From an uncultured Nitrospira sp. (lineage in GTDB: Bacteria; Nitrospirota; Nitrospiria; Nitrospirales; Nitrospiraceae), in assembly GCA_964435885.1 (NCBI GenBank), contig CAYTAS010000008.1, positions 5,953 to 69,952 of the forward strand: a DNA stretch of 64,000 nucleotides. The letters are read 5' to 3'. This document shows, piece by piece, positions 29,302 to 40,597 of the stretch. Each line of letters begins with the position of its first letter. The stretch's first letter is position 1. The position numbers and the translations under genes were made by a program. Below the pieces are notes generated by a model. That model did no database searches and was not told the origin of the DNA. It saw only the letters and a list, made by a program, of their open reading frames with translations.

Positions 29302-30843
29302 ATGAATTCCACACGGCGCATCAAGGAACTATGGGTGTGTCGTCTCGTCGTCGTTCTGGCGCTGTTGCTCGTAACGGACCGGCCGTTCACTCAAGCTCAA
29401 TCGTCTGAGCCGGCCCTGGAAGCTGCCATCGAAACGCTTTCCTCCGACCGGATGCTTGCCGATATCCGAACCCTGAGTGGGCCATCGTTTAATGGACGGC
29501 AAACCGGGACCAAGGACGACTTCGAATCAGCGCAGTGGGTGGCACAAAAGTTTCTATCGGCTGGGTTACAGCTCCCACACATTCAGAATGGGTCGCTGCC
29601 CCTTCCCTTCCTCACCGAACACAATGGCACCTCACAGGGAGCGATGGCAACCCTTGTGCCTCTCGCCAGGATGTTGTCGAACCCGGCACTTAGGATCGGC
29701 ACGGGAGACGGTCTCACGGATAGACAAGCCGGTACCGATTACTTTCCCATCTTCGACTCCCCATCCGCTGATATCCAAGGCCTGGTCGTCTTCGTCGGAT
29801 ACGGTATCGTTGACTCGGCTTGTGGCATCGACGACTACGCCGGTGTTGATGTGACCAACAGCATTGTGCTGTTTCTTCGCGGCAAGCCGGAGCATTACCG
29901 AAAGCCCGTCAGCCATGCCGATAAAGTTCGATGGGCACGGGAACGGGGCGCCATCGGCTATCTGACAGCTACGGGACCAATCCTACATCCGTATGAAGCC
30001 CGCCGTGGGGTCACCGGTCAGCCCAGCGCTTTCTATGGGCAGCTGCCTCCCGACCAAGCCATTCCAGGTGCTTGGATCAGCACGGCCGTTGCCCAGGCAC
30101 TGCTGGCTGGGGCAAATAGCGACACGCCCGATCGCCTCCGCGCCTTTCAGGAACAATTGAACAAAGCCCCGTCACCGCACGCCACGCGGACCGATCAATT
30201 TGCGTCGTTACACTGGAGGACCACGATCGAGGACGGCATATTGGCCAATGTGGTGGGGATGATCCCGGGGACAGGGACAGAAACCGTGATCATCGGAGCG
30301 CACCGTGACCACTTCGGTCGCCCCGGGGGGATACTCTTTCCAGGCGCCGACGACAACGCATCCGGAACAGCCGTCATCTTAGAGGTGGCGCGGGCCTTGG
30401 CACAAGCCGACCTGCGTCCCTTACGGACGATTCTTTTTGTCTCGTTCAGCGGAGAAGAGCGCGACCTCCTCGGCTCACGGCTCTATGCATCGCGACCCAT
30501 CGTTCCACTGAACTCGACCAAGGCCATGATCAACATCGACCATGCCGGCGTTGGGAACGGACGGCTCACCGTGGGAGTGACAGGTCTGGAAAACGATCTC
30601 CTTCAAGATGCAGAGAAGCGCGCCGACGTTGGCGACAAAGTCGATCTGTATGGATTCTTCCCCGGAGGCGATCATGTGCCTTTCAAGGAAGCCGGTGTCC
30701 CGACGGTCACCGTGGTGAGCGGAGGTGTCCATCCATACTTTCATCAACCGACGGATACCGCTGATACCATTGATCCAGGCATCTTACACAGCGTGGCCAG
30801 ATACGTGTTAGCTGTGGCGTGGCAACTAGCCTGTCAACCGTGA
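29302..30843 (+). CDS. M28-family metallopeptidase with PA domain, exported
   Basis: VFVGYG..DDYAGVDV (PA), GAHRDH, GADDNASG, SGEERDLLGS, NIDH, GDHVPF, HQPTDT. Confidence 0.9.
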   Translation: MNSTRRIKELWVCRLVVVLALLLVTDRPFTQAQSSEPALEAAIETLSSDRMLADIRTLSGPSFNGRQTGTKDDFESAQWVAQKFLSAGLQLPHIQNGSLPLPFLTEHNGTSQGAMATLVPLARMLSNPALRIGTGDGLTDRQAGTDYFPIFDSPSADIQGLVVFVGYGIVDSACGIDDYAGVDVTNSIVLFLRGKPEHYRKPVSHADKVRWARERGAIGYLTATGPILHPYEARRGVTGQPSAFYGQLPPDQAIPGAWISTAVAQALLAGANSDTPDRLRAFQEQLNKAPSPHATRTDQFASLHWRTTIEDGILANVVGMIPGTGTETVIIGAHRDHFGRPGGILFPGADDNASGTAVILEVARALAQADLRPLRTILFVSFSGEERDLLGSRLYASRPIVPLNSTKAMINIDHAGVGNGRLTVGVTGLENDLLQDAEKRADVGDKVDLYGFFPGGDHVPFKEAGVPTVTVVSGGVHPYFHQPTDTADTIDPGILHSVARYVLAVAWQLACQP

Positions 30844-30892
30844 CGAGTCGCCCATTGTGCGGGGTAGAGGGATACTCGTGGAGTAGGTTTCT

Positions 30893-31348
30893 TTATGGAA
30901 TCTCGTCGAAGATGCCGGACTCGATCGGAGGCAACGGAGCAGTTTGACGTGGTGGACCCGGGAGGACAGTCGCCGTTCCTACTTGATTCGCGCCCTGGAT
31001 GAGGCCGATAGACAGCTGGGGACCGAAGGTCATGACGGCTCCACTCCAGGCCTGCCCCGTCGTTGGATTTCGAAAGTTATAGGATTGAACACTCTGTCCA
31101 GGGGAGAACAGAAACCCCTGTGTCCCCTGCTGATCAGCATACAGGCTCCCCCCGCCTAACCTAAACAAAGTACCGATCCCTCCATCAAAAGAACGCACAC
31201 TCGAAGCGCCTGACACGCTTTGCGCCCATACCGATGGGCAGGCATTCAGGCCAACGATCATCAGAACACACAACATACCGCCGATCGTACCTCCCCATCG
31301 AAACCAAGAACATGACTCTTCAATGCAAGGAGGAGAATGAATCTTCAT
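30893..31348 (-). CDS. Exported hypothetical protein
   Basis: Signal-like segment ending VWA, Gly-rich body; start uncertain. Confidence 0.55.
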   Translation of the reverse strand: MKIHSPPCIEESCSWFRWGGTIGGMLCVLMIVGLNACPSVWAQSVSGASSVRSFDGGIGTLFRLGGGSLYADQQGTQGFLFSPGQSVQSYNFRNPTTGQAWSGAVMTFGPQLSIGLIQGANQVGTATVLPGPPRQTAPLPPIESGIFDEIP

Positions 31349-31411
31349 GACAAGACCCCTCACACGATTTATAGTATGCTCTCTTTCCAATCGCCGATCA
31401 AGGAGGCGCCT

Positions 31412-32977
31412 ATGGATTGCAGATCCTCAGTCGGCCCGTTTTCCCTCGCGATCATCTCGATCGCGTGCATGGGGGGCCTTACATCTCCACTCAAGAGCTG
31501 GAGCTTGGACATCACTCAACCGATCCCCGAGGAGCGTCGTGAAACCGTCTCGTTGGCGGATGCAGCGGTTCGCGCACTGCAGCACAACCTAGACATCACC
31601 ATCAGCCGCCACACGAAAGAAAGCCGCCTGGCCGACATTACGGTTGAACAAGCCAAGTTCGATCCGACCATCAGTATGAACGGTCAGTACAATCGGACCG
31701 TCAACCCATTGAACAGACCCGTGTTCGGTGGAACGGTCGGCATTCTGGATGAGATCACGACCTTCGACCAACGGAGTCATTCGTTGACGTTCGATGCATC
31801 GACTAATCTCATCACCGGGGGAAATTTCAATGTGAACTATGCCCCGGCCCGTAGCAGTATCAATCAAAATGTCGCTCGAGGATTCTTGTTCAATCCGGCA
31901 TGGACAGGCGGATTGGCCTTCACATTCACCCAACCGCTGCTCCGAAACGCAGGCATCTCGATCAACAACACGTTCATCAAGGTCGCACAAAATAATGCCG
32001 CGGTCGAAGAGCATGTCTTTCGCGACCGGGTGATGACCGTCGTCGCCACGATGGAACAGACCTACTGGGAGCTCGTCTTTGCGAATGAGAATCTGCATGT
32101 CGCACAGGCCGCCATGAAAGCCGCCGAGGAACTCTTGGCGACGAACCGCGCCAAGGCCAAAGCGGGTATCATGTCGATCGTCGACGTACTCCAAGCGGAA
32201 GCAGCGGTTGCGTCGAGAGTGGAACAGGTCTTGGTGGCAGAGAAAGCCATTCGCGATCAAGAAGATCAGCTCCGACGTCTCTTGAACCCTGGAGAAGAGG
32301 AGCTCCGGCACGACGTGCGGCTCACGCCGGCCGATTCTCCCGTGACGTTCCTGGAGCCTATCAGTCTTCAGGAAGCCATCGATACCGCGATCGAACAGCG
32401 ACCGGAAATCGCCCAGGCCAAGAAGAATATCGAATCCGGCGAACTGAGCAAGCAATTCGCCAGGAACCAACTACTCCCGACGTTGTCGTTTCAAGGCACC
32501 ATGGGTCTTGCCGGACTGGGCGCTGACTACGGGGACTCCTTCACTAAAAACTTCAGCGGTGACTTCTACAACTACGGAGCCGGCCTGGTTTTCAGCTATC
32601 CGCTCGGCAACCGATCGGCCATCAGCACCTACAACAAAAGGAAACTCGAGGCTCATAACGCCGAGGTGACGCTCGCCAATGTGCGACAGCAAATCATCGT
32701 CGGCATCCGTGAGGCGGTGCGTCGTGTCCAGACCGACTTCAAACGCATCGAAACTACCAGGTCGGCGCGCATCATGGCGGAGAAGCAATTGCAAGCCGAG
32801 CAAGAGCGATTGAAAGTCGGACTCAGCACGACCCGCTTCGTGCTGGAGTTTCAACGAGACCTCGCCACCGCCCAAGGCAACGAGCTGCGAGCCATCGTCG
32901 ATTACAACAAGTCCTTGTCGAACCTCGCGCGCCATAAAGCGACGACGCTGGACCGTTATCATCTCGAACTCTCGTAG
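31412..32977 (+). CDS. TolC-family outer membrane protein
   Basis: AGGAGG RBS; FTQPLLRN, RNQLLPTL, ERLKVGLSTT..VLEFQRDL. Confidence 0.9.
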   Translation: MDCRSSVGPFSLAIISIACMGGLTSPLKSWSLDITQPIPEERRETVSLADAAVRALQHNLDITISRHTKESRLADITVEQAKFDPTISMNGQYNRTVNPLNRPVFGGTVGILDEITTFDQRSHSLTFDASTNLITGGNFNVNYAPARSSINQNVARGFLFNPAWTGGLAFTFTQPLLRNAGISINNTFIKVAQNNAAVEEHVFRDRVMTVVATMEQTYWELVFANENLHVAQAAMKAAEELLATNRAKAKAGIMSIVDVLQAEAAVASRVEQVLVAEKAIRDQEDQLRRLLNPGEEELRHDVRLTPADSPVTFLEPISLQEAIDTAIEQRPEIAQAKKNIESGELSKQFARNQLLPTLSFQGTMGLAGLGADYGDSFTKNFSGDFYNYGAGLVFSYPLGNRSAISTYNKRKLEAHNAEVTLANVRQQIIVGIREAVRRVQTDFKRIETTRSARIMAEKQLQAEQERLKVGLSTTRFVLEFQRDLATAQGNELRAIVDYNKSLSNLARHKATTLDRYHLELS

Positions 32978-32984
32978 CCATCCA

Positions 32985-33692
32985 GTGGCGTCCGGACCGG
33001 ACCAGTCGCCCCTCTCTCACACTCCCACTATCGGAGCGGCGCTGGCGCTGTTCCCCGTCGGAGCCACGATCGGCTACTACGGACTTCCCGCTTCCTTCCA
33101 AGAACAACTCCTCGTCCAATTTGCTCCACAACTCATGGCCTATATAGGTCTCGGCCTCTGGGCAAGGGATGCGTCTTACGTTCCGGCTCGTCTTGGTCTG
33201 GAATGGGAAAAGGCATGGAATGGATTCCGTTGGGGAGCGCTGACAGGACTGGGGCTGGGGGCGATGAACACGTGCGTCATTCTCGTGGTCTATCCATCCT
33301 CAGGCTACGACATCACCTTCCTGAAACACACCCCGCACGGTCGGCTTCCCGCCCTCCTCATGGTGCCGTGGGTGATCTGTGGTATCGCGACGTTCGTAGA
33401 GGTGAACTTTCGCGGGTTCATCTTGGGCCGTCTGGCCGAACTCGAATCACATCGGCGACGGTCCGATTCTTCTCCTCGGCTCGCGCCCCTTGCCCTTCTC
33501 GCCAGCGCGCTCACATTTGCATTCGATCCATTCCTGGTCAATACGTTTCAGTATCTTCACTGGATCGCTCTCTGGGACGGCATGATCTGGGGAAGCATTT
33601 GGCTCAGATCCCGCAACCTCTGGATCACGATCGTGGCGCATGCGGTTGAGGTCGTCATCATGTACAGCGCGGTCAGAGTCGCGATAGGATGA
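32985..33692 (+). CDS. CPBP (Abi/CAAX) family intramembrane protease
   Basis: FVEVNFRGFI and late AH motif (AHAVE); multiple TM segments. Confidence 0.78.
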   Translation: MASGPDQSPLSHTPTIGAALALFPVGATIGYYGLPASFQEQLLVQFAPQLMAYIGLGLWARDASYVPARLGLEWEKAWNGFRWGALTGLGLGAMNTCVILVVYPSSGYDITFLKHTPHGRLPALLMVPWVICGIATFVEVNFRGFILGRLAELESHRRRSDSSPRLAPLALLASALTFAFDPFLVNTFQYLHWIALWDGMIWGSIWLRSRNLWITIVAHAVEVVIMYSAVRVAIG

Positions 33693-33803
33693 GGCCCCAA
33701 TGGTGTGCCGCTGAACTGTGGCGCGGAAGGGCAAGGAGAACGAAGCCGACATCACCGCGCGGGAAGCCATGGAAGCGTTTCACGGCAACGAAGAGGAGGC
33801 TCT

Positions 33804-34142
33804 GTGAATGGTCTTGGTAAGTATCTGCTCTATTTCTTGTTAGGCGGCGGTATCGTGAGCTTCTCGACCTATCTTGGCTCACAGGGGAAATCGTTCCTGG
33901 CCGCGATGGCCAGCACCTTTCCCGCAATCACCGGCGTGACATTCATCCTGCTCTATGCGAAGGGCGGTGGAGTGACCACGGTGGCGTACGCAAAGAATCT
34001 GCTCTGGTTTGTTCCGCCCTGGACCATCTACGTCTTCGCTATGATCCTGGGCATTCCGCGCCTCGGCTTCTGGCCCGCAATGGTTGGCTCGCTCGTCCTG
34101 TATATGGCATGTATCGGGCTTGTGAAGATGCTGCTGCGTTAG
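33804..34142 (+). CDS. Small membrane protein (GlpM/DUF3147-like)
   Basis: GAGGAG RBS before GTG 33804; four hydrophobic segments, STFPAIT. Confidence 0.65.
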   Translation: MNGLGKYLLYFLLGGGIVSFSTYLGSQGKSFLAAMASTFPAITGVTFILLYAKGGGVTTVAYAKNLLWFVPPWTIYVFAMILGIPRLGFWPAMVGSLVLYMACIGLVKMLLR

Positions 34143-34163
34143 ACTCGCGCAGCCGCCGGATCG

Positions 34164-34265
34164 TCACTCCACCACCGTACCATTCGGACTCACCATGAGC
34201 ATGCTGCTGTTGGTACTGATCGTTTCATAATCGACATCGATGCCGATGATCACAATTGCACCGCG
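34164..34265 (-). pseudogene. ybjQ: 3' remnant of a ybjQ (UPF0145) gene
   Basis: Manual translation RGAIVIIGIDVDYETISTNSSMLMVSPNGTVVE* matches the YbjQ C-terminal pattern [31 protein letters not shown]; no N-terminal half. Confidence 0.75.
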
Positions 34266-34339
34266 GTTCCTGGATTCACCGGTTTGAAACTTTTCCACCC
34301 TTCGCCATCGATTGCGGTAAGCCAGCGCGTCCTTTTCCC

Positions 34340-35776
34340 TTATTTCATCGCCGTTTTCGCCGACTTGCCTGCTTGCAGATACTGATTGATCCCTGCCGCC
34401 ATCTTACGTCCTTCGGCGATGGCCCAGACGATGAGCGAGGCGCCCCGCTTGGTATCGCCGCCAGCGAAGACGCCGTCGAGATTGGTCATGAAATGCTGAT
34501 CGACCGCCACGGCGCCGCGCGCGTCGTATGTCACACTTAGGTCATCAAGAAGACCGGTTTTGATCGGACCGGTGAACCCCATGGCCAGCAACACCAAATC
34601 GGCATTCATCTCAAACTCAGTGTTGGGAACAGGCGCGAACTTCCCGTTCTCAAACTTTACTCGATGCGCATGCAGCTTTGTGACATGGCCATTGTGGCCG
34701 GAGAACTTCGTCGTTGACACGCTCCATTGCCGGTCACACCCCTCTTCGTGGGCGTGAGAAGTACGCAACTGCATCGGCCAGAGCGGCCAAGGAGTCGACG
34801 TGGACCGGGTCGGCGGCGGTTCAGGCAACAACTCAAATTGATGCGCTTCGACACAGCCTTGACGGTGCGCGGTACCGAGGCAGTCGGACCCAGTGTCACC
34901 CCCGCCGATGATCACAACCCGTTTGCCCTTTGCGGTGATCGGCTCATCGGTGACAGGAATGCCAGCCGCACGCTTATTTTGTTGAGTCAGATATGCCATA
35001 GCAAGATGCACACCCTTGAGCTCACGGCCAGGGATCGGCAGCTCGCGAGCCTGCTCGGCACCCATCGTCAATCCCACGGCATCGAACTGACGGCGCAACT
35101 GTTCGCCGGTGATATCCTTGCCGACGGCAACGCGGGTTTGGAACTTCACTCCTTCGGCTTTCATTTGCTCCAAGCGACGGTCGATGACCCATTTCTCCAT
35201 TTTGAAGTCGGGGATGCCGTAGCGCAGGAGGCCGCCGATCCGATCGGATTTTTCGAAGACCGTCACCTCATGGCCGGCGCGAGCCAATTGTTGTGCGGCA
35301 GCCAAACCCGCCGGGCCGGAACCGACGATCGCAACCGTTTTCCCTGTCTTGACGACCGGCAAGACCGGAGCGACCAGCCCATCGTTGAATCCGCGATCGA
35401 CGATGTTCCATTCGATGATGCGGATGGAGACCGGATCCTCATTGATACCGAGCACACAGGCCCCTTCGCAGGGCGCTGGGCAAAGCCGACCCGTGAATTC
35501 GGGAAAGTTATTCGTCGTGTGCAGCGCTTTGAGGGCATCTTTCCAGCGGCCGCGATACACCAGATCGTTCCATTCAGGGATGAGATTGACCACGGGACAA
35601 CCCGTACTGCCTTGACAGAACGGCACACCGCAATCCATGCAGCGCGCGCCTTGAGTCTTGAGCTTCTCCTCCGAGATAGGCTCGTACATCTCTTTCCAAT
35701 CGAGTACGCGTAACTCAATCGGCTTTCTCTTCGGGCCCTCACGGGCGTATTTTAGGAACCCCTTAGGATCACCCAT
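34340..35776 (-). CDS. gltD: Glutamate synthase small subunit
   Basis: RCMDCGVPFC, GRLCPAPCE, GSGPAG, GGLLRYGIP, GGGDTGSDC. Confidence 0.97.
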   Translation of the reverse strand: MGDPKGFLKYAREGPKRKPIELRVLDWKEMYEPISEEKLKTQGARCMDCGVPFCQGSTGCPVVNLIPEWNDLVYRGRWKDALKALHTTNNFPEFTGRLCPAPCEGACVLGINEDPVSIRIIEWNIVDRGFNDGLVAPVLPVVKTGKTVAIVGSGPAGLAAAQQLARAGHEVTVFEKSDRIGGLLRYGIPDFKMEKWVIDRRLEQMKAEGVKFQTRVAVGKDITGEQLRRQFDAVGLTMGAEQARELPIPGRELKGVHLAMAYLTQQNKRAAGIPVTDEPITAKGKRVVIIGGGDTGSDCLGTAHRQGCVEAHQFELLPEPPPTRSTSTPWPLWPMQLRTSHAHEEGCDRQWSVSTTKFSGHNGHVTKLHAHRVKFENGKFAPVPNTEFEMNADLVLLAMGFTGPIKTGLLDDLSVTYDARGAVAVDQHFMTNLDGVFAGGDTKRGASLIVWAIAEGRKMAAGINQYLQAGKSAKTAMK

Positions 35777-35780
35777 ATAC

Positions 35781-35852
35781 TTACTCGTCGCTCATATTTC
35801 GCATCTCGTCATTCGCAAGCAATTTATACTTCACAAACGACTCTTCACGTTC
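35781..35852. repeat. Period-7 degenerate repeats in the gltB-gltD spacer
   Basis: TTACTCG TCGCTCA TATTTCG CATCTCG TCATTCG followed by TTCAC-type units. Confidence 0.55.
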
Positions 35853-38800
35853 AATGCACCGCACTCGCTTTCCGTCTCCGTTCTTCGAGGACGCGTTTGT
35901 AATCGACCGGCATCACTTTCACAAACCTCGGCAAGGTGGGCTCGAATACATCGAGCACCTGCTTCGCCTTACGGCTCCCGGTGTACATAAAATGTTTCGT
36001 AATCAACCCGTGGAGCAGTTGCTTGTCTTCTTTCACGGTGACCGCTTCCAGCTCCACCATCCCAGTGTTACAACGACTTTGGAACGTCCCGGCGTCGTCC
36101 AACACGAACGCCACTCCACCGGACATGCCAGCTGCGAAGTTTCGGCCTGTCCTGCCGAGCACCACGACCACGCCGCCCGTCATGTATTCACACCCGTGGT
36201 CGCCCGTCCCTTCCACGACGGTCTGTGCCCCGCTGTTCCGAACGGCAAACCGTTCGCCCGCGCGACCGTAGAAGTAGGCTTCACCCTGCGTCGCCCCATA
36301 AAGCGAGGTATTACCGATCACAATGGTTTCCGCCGGATCGTACAGCGCATCCTTCGGTGGATACACGATGATCTTCCCGCCGGAGAGCCCTTTGCCGATA
36401 TAGTCGTTCGACTCCCCTTCCAACGTCAACGTGATTCCTCGCGCGAGGAACGCGCCGAAGGATTGCCCCGCCGACCCATTGAACTTAATCGAGATCGTAT
36501 CCTCCGACAGCCCTTCGAGGCCATATTTCTTCGCGATTTTGCTCGACAGTACCGTGCCCGTCGTCCGATTCACGTTGCGAATCGGCAACTCGATCGTCAC
36601 CTTCTCGCCGTTGTCGATCGCCGGGCGACATCGCTCAACCAGTTCATTATCAAGAATGTGGTCGAGACCATGGTCCTGCTTCTGCACGCAATACCGGGCC
36701 ACGTGCGGCCCGACGTCGGGTATGGCCAAGAGCGGCGAGAGATCCAATCCCTTGGCCTTCCAGTGATCAACCGCCTTGGTGATCTTAAGCATGTCGACGC
36801 GGCCTACCATCTCGTTGATCGTCTTGAACCCCAGCTTCGCCATGAGTTGCCGGGCTTCTTCAGCGACGAAGAACAAGTAGTTCACGATATGCTCAGGCTT
36901 GCCGTTAAATTTTTTGCGCAATTCGGGATCTTGCGTCGCAATGCCGACCGGACAGGTGTTCAGATGGCACTTGCGCATCATGATACAGCCTTCGACGATG
37001 AGCGGCGCCGTCGCAAACCCGTACTCCTCCGCGCCCAGCAGCGTGGCGATCACCACGTCACGGCCCGTCTTCATCTGTCCGTCCGTTTCAACCCGAATGC
37101 GCCCACGCAGATCGTTGAGCACCAGCGTTTGATGGGTTTCCGCCAGGCCCAACTCCCACGGGATGCCTGCGTATTTGATCGACGACAATGGTGATGCGCC
37201 CGTGCCGCCAGAATCCCCGCTGATCAGCACCTTGTCCGCGTGGGCTTTTGCGACGCCGGCGGCGACGGTCCCGACGCCGACCTCGGCCACGAGCTTGACC
37301 GAGACCCCGGCCTCCGGATTCGAATTCTTCAGGTCGAAGATCAACTGGGCCAAATCTTCGATGGAATAGATATCATGATGCGGCGGAGGCGAAATCAGCT
37401 GCACGCCCGGCGTGGAATATCGGAAGCGCGCGATCTGTTCGTCGACCTTGTGCCCCGGCAACTGCCCGCCTTCGCCGGGTTTCGCGCCCTGCGCCATCTT
37501 GATTTGCAATTCACGGGCATTCACCAGGTAATGCGCGGTCACGCCGAACCTGGCCGACGCCACTTGTTTGATATAACTGTTCTTCGAGTCGCCGTTCGGC
37601 ATGGGCTTGAAGCGCTCAGGATCTTCTCCGCCTTCCCCGGTGTTGCTCTTGCCCCCAAGCCGATTCATGGCGATCGCAAGCGTCTCATGGGCTTCTTTGC
37701 TGATGGATCCGAACGACATCGCGCCCGTGTTGAAACGCTTAACGATTTCCTTGGCAGGCTCCACCTCTTCGATGGGAATCGGCTGGGGCGCGAATTTGAA
37801 CTCGAGCAGCCCACGCAGGTTCGAGCGTCGTTGACTCTCATCATTGACCAGCTGAGCGAACTCGGCGTAGGTCTTCTCGTCGTTGGCACGGCTGGCATGC
37901 TGCAGTTTATAGATCGTGTCCGGATTCCAATTATGATGTTCGCCCTGGATACGGTAGTGGACTTCTCCGCCGAACTCCAGTTGTCGGATCGAGGCCGGCT
38001 CGTAGGCGGCGCGATGTCGCCGCAAGGTCTCCTCACCGATTTCTCGAATCCCGACGCCATCGACACGTGACGCCGTGCCCGTGAAGTACCGATCGATGAG
38101 TTCGTGATTCAACCCGATCGCCTCGAAAATCTGCGCGCCGCAGTAGGATTGCACGGTCGAGATGCCCATCTTAGAAAAGATCTTGAGCAAGCCCTTGTTG
38201 ATGGCCTTGATAAACTTGCCCTCCGCCGTTTGCGCATCGAGCCCCTCAGGAAGATACCCATCACGCTCCATATCGACGATCGTTTCGAACACAAGATACG
38301 GATTGATCGTGCCGGCGCCGTAGCCGATCAAGGATGCAAAGTGGTGCACATCTCGGGGTTCCCCTGTTTCGAGGATCAATCCGACTTCCGTCCTCGTGCA
38401 CTCCCGCACCAGATGATGGTGCACGGCCGAGATACCGAGCAGGCTCGGAATCGGAGCCCACGCTTCATCGACCCCGCGATCACTGAGAATTAGGAATTTA
38501 TACCCCTCCTTGATCGCGAGTGAAGCCTCTCGGCACAGCTCATCGACCGCGGCACCCAGGCCGTCGGCGCCTTCGGCGACGCGAAACAACATGCGCAACG
38601 TCTTGCACTTGAAATGTGGATCGGAAATCCCACGGATCTTTTGCAGATCCGCATTGGTCAAAATCGGCTGTTGAACCTTAATGCGACGGCAAGACTCCGG
38701 CGACTCATCCATCAGGTTGGGCTTCGGCCCGATGTTCGTGACGAGCGACATCACAAGCTGCTCGCGAATCGGATCGATAGGCGGATTGGTCACCTGAGCA

Positions 38801-40368
38801 AAGAGCTGCTTGAAGTACTTGAACAAGAGCTGCGGTCGATCAGACAAAACCGCCAAGGGAGTATCGGTGCCCATCGAAGAAATCGGCTCCTCGCCATTGA
38901 CGATCATGGGGGAGATGACCATCTTGAGCTCTTCGACGGTGTAGCCGAACGCCTGCTGCCGCTGCCTGATCGTCGGATGATCCGGCTGCGGGACATTCAA
39001 CGGTTCGGGCAGTTCATCGAGGGACACTCCGTATTGGGTCACCCAACTGCGGTACGGTTTCCGCTTCGCCATATCGGTCTTGATCTCTTCATCGTCGATG
39101 ATCCGGCCTTGGACCGTATCGACGAGGAACATCCGCCCGGGCATGAGCCGGCCCTTGATCCGGATGTTCTTGGCCGGAACCGGTAACACCCCGGCTTCCG
39201 ACGCCAGCACAACCGTCTCATCCGTCATCACCTGATAGCGGCAGGGGCGGAGTCCGTTACGATCCAAGGTCGCCCCGATCATCTTGCCGTCGGTAAAGCA
39301 GACCGCCGCCGGCCCGTCCCAGGGCTCCATCATCGCCGCGTGATACTGGTAAAATCCCCGGCGATCTAAATCCATCTGCGGATTCGCCACCCATGGCTCG
39401 GGAATCAACATCATCATGGCGTGCGGCAATGACCGTCCTCCAAGCAGAAGGAATTCGAGGGTATTGTCCAGACAGGCCGAGTCGCTTTGATCCTCGGTCA
39501 CGATCGGGAACAGTTTCTCCATGTCCTTGCCGAACAGATCGGAATGGAGGCGGCCTTGTCGGGCCTTCATCCAATTGACGTTCCCCTTCAGTGTGTTGAT
39601 CTCGCCGTTGTGACAGACGTACCGATAGGGGTGGGCCAACGGCCAGGTCGGGAAGGTATTCGTGCTGAAGCGGGAATGCACCAACGCCAGAGCGCTCACC
39701 ATCCGTTCATCGGTCAGATCCTGGTAATACGCGGCCATTTGATGGGGCAAGAGCAGTCCTTTGTAGACGATCGTGTGGGCCGATAAACTGGGCACATAAA
39801 AATGTTCTCTCCCCTGAATCGCCGATTCGATAACCGCTTTTTCCACTCGCTTTCGAATCACATACAGTTTTCGTTCAAACTGAGCCTCGTTGAGCGCGTC
39901 ACGCGCGATGAAAATTTGCCGCATGAACGGCTCGGTCTTTCGCGCTTGCACGCCGATACTGTCGCTTTTGACCGGCACATCGCGCCATCCGAGCAACCGG
40001 AGCCCTTCCTCGGCGATGATCTCGGCAAACAGCTTTTCGCACAGTCGTCGAGACTCCGCATTCGGCGGCAGGAATAACTGCCCAACTCCATACTCGCCGA
40101 CTTCCGGCAATGACACACCGGCGTCCCCTGCAACCCGTTTGAAAAAGGTGTGCGGAACCTGCACTAGAATCCCGGCGCCATCTCCCGTACAGGGATCGGA
40201 TCCCTGCGCCCCGCGGTGAGTCAGATTCTCTAGAACCTGAAGTCCCTTACGGACAATGTCATGGGACTTCTTGCCCTTGATATTGACCACAAACCCGATC
40301 CCGCACGAGTCTTTCTCATGCCGAGGATCATAGAGACCTTGCCGACCGGGAAAACCTGGAGTACTCAT
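35851..40368 (-). CDS. gltB: Glutamate synthase large subunit
   Basis: CGIGF amidotransferase start, [40 protein letters not shown]. Confidence 0.98.
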   Translation of the reverse strand: MSTPGFPGRQGLYDPRHEKDSCGIGFVVNIKGKKSHDIVRKGLQVLENLTHRGAQGSDPCTGDGAGILVQVPHTFFKRVAGDAGVSLPEVGEYGVGQLFLPPNAESRRLCEKLFAEIIAEEGLRLLGWRDVPVKSDSIGVQARKTEPFMRQIFIARDALNEAQFERKLYVIRKRVEKAVIESAIQGREHFYVPSLSAHTIVYKGLLLPHQMAAYYQDLTDERMVSALALVHSRFSTNTFPTWPLAHPYRYVCHNGEINTLKGNVNWMKARQGRLHSDLFGKDMEKLFPIVTEDQSDSACLDNTLEFLLLGGRSLPHAMMMLIPEPWVANPQMDLDRRGFYQYHAAMMEPWDGPAAVCFTDGKMIGATLDRNGLRPCRYQVMTDETVVLASEAGVLPVPAKNIRIKGRLMPGRMFLVDTVQGRIIDDEEIKTDMAKRKPYRSWVTQYGVSLDELPEPLNVPQPDHPTIRQRQQAFGYTVEELKMVISPMIVNGEEPISSMGTDTPLAVLSDRPQLLFKYFKQLFAQVTNPPIDPIREQLVMSLVTNIGPKPNLMDESPESCRRIKVQQPILTNADLQKIRGISDPHFKCKTLRMLFRVAEGADGLGAAVDELCREASLAIKEGYKFLILSDRGVDEAWAPIPSLLGISAVHHHLVRECTRTEVGLILETGEPRDVHHFASLIGYGAGTINPYLVFETIVDMERDGYLPEGLDAQTAEGKFIKAINKGLLKIFSKMGISTVQSYCGAQIFEAIGLNHELIDRYFTGTASRVDGVGIREIGEETLRRHRAAYEPASIRQLEFGGEVHYRIQGEHHNWNPDTIYKLQHASRANDEKTYAEFAQLVNDESQRRSNLRGLLEFKFAPQPIPIEEVEPAKEIVKRFNTGAMSFGSISKEAHETLAIAMNRLGGKSNTGEGGEDPERFKPMPNGDSKNSYIKQVASARFGVTAHYLVNARELQIKMAQGAKPGEGGQLPGHKVDEQIARFRYSTPGVQLISPPPHHDIYSIEDLAQLIFDLKNSNPEAGVSVKLVAEVGVGTVAAGVAKAHADKVLISGDSGGTGASPLSSIKYAGIPWELGLAETHQTLVLNDLRGRIRVETDGQMKTGRDVVIATLLGAEEYGFATAPLIVEGCIMMRKCHLNTCPVGIATQDPELRKKFNGKPEHIVNYLFFVAEEARQLMAKLGFKTINEMVGRVDMLKITKAVDHWKAKGLDLSPLLAIPDVGPHVARYCVQKQDHGLDHILDNELVERCRPAIDNGEKVTIELPIRNVNRTTGTVLSSKIAKKYGLEGLSEDTISIKFNGSAGQSFGAFLARGITLTLEGESNDYIGKGLSGGKIIVYPPKDALYDPAETIVIGNTSLYGATQGEAYFYGRAGERFAVRNSGAQTVVEGTGDHGCEYMTGGVVVVLGRTGRNFAAGMSGGVAFVLDDAGTFQSRCNTGMVELEAVTVKEDKQLLHGLITKHFMYTGSRKAKQVLDVFEPTLPRFVKVMPVDYKRVLEERRRKASAVH

Positions 40369-40498
40369 CTATCTATCTCTTTAACTTTTTAAAAGATTGA
40401 GGCTTTCTCTGTTGGATGGAGTTGAGCGTGAGCCAAAAGCCGGGGTGGATGACCCCTAATCGTCTGCAGGATGGCCCACAGCCGATTGTCACGCTCAG

Positions 40499-40528
40499 AA
40501 CTTACTGGAAGGCTCATTCCTCTGTCAA
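40499..40528 (-). promoter_or_regulatory. Candidate sigma-70 promoter of gltBD
   Basis: TTGACA-18 nt-TAAGTT. Confidence 0.5.
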
Positions 40529-40560
40529 GGTGACAATGGGCCTATACCCCTTTCATTTAC

Positions 40561-40590
40561 TTGACTTTATTTCCCCGGCTGCCATACCAT
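40561..40590 (+). promoter_or_regulatory. Sigma-70 promoter of the polyprenyl synthase gene
   Basis: TTGACT-18 nt-TACCAT, with 7 nt between it and ATG 40598. Confidence 0.6.
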
Positions 40591-40597
40591 CCCCCGC

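Noticed and set aside
31412-32977. TolC without neighbouring RND/MFP genes
   Set aside because: Stand-alone TolC homologs are common.
33712-33806. Frame reading TVARKGKENEADITAREAMEAFHGNEEEAL* between the CPBP and membrane-protein genes, possibly the tail of a deleted gene
   Set aside because: Protein-like, but I cannot assign it to a family; needs tBLASTn.
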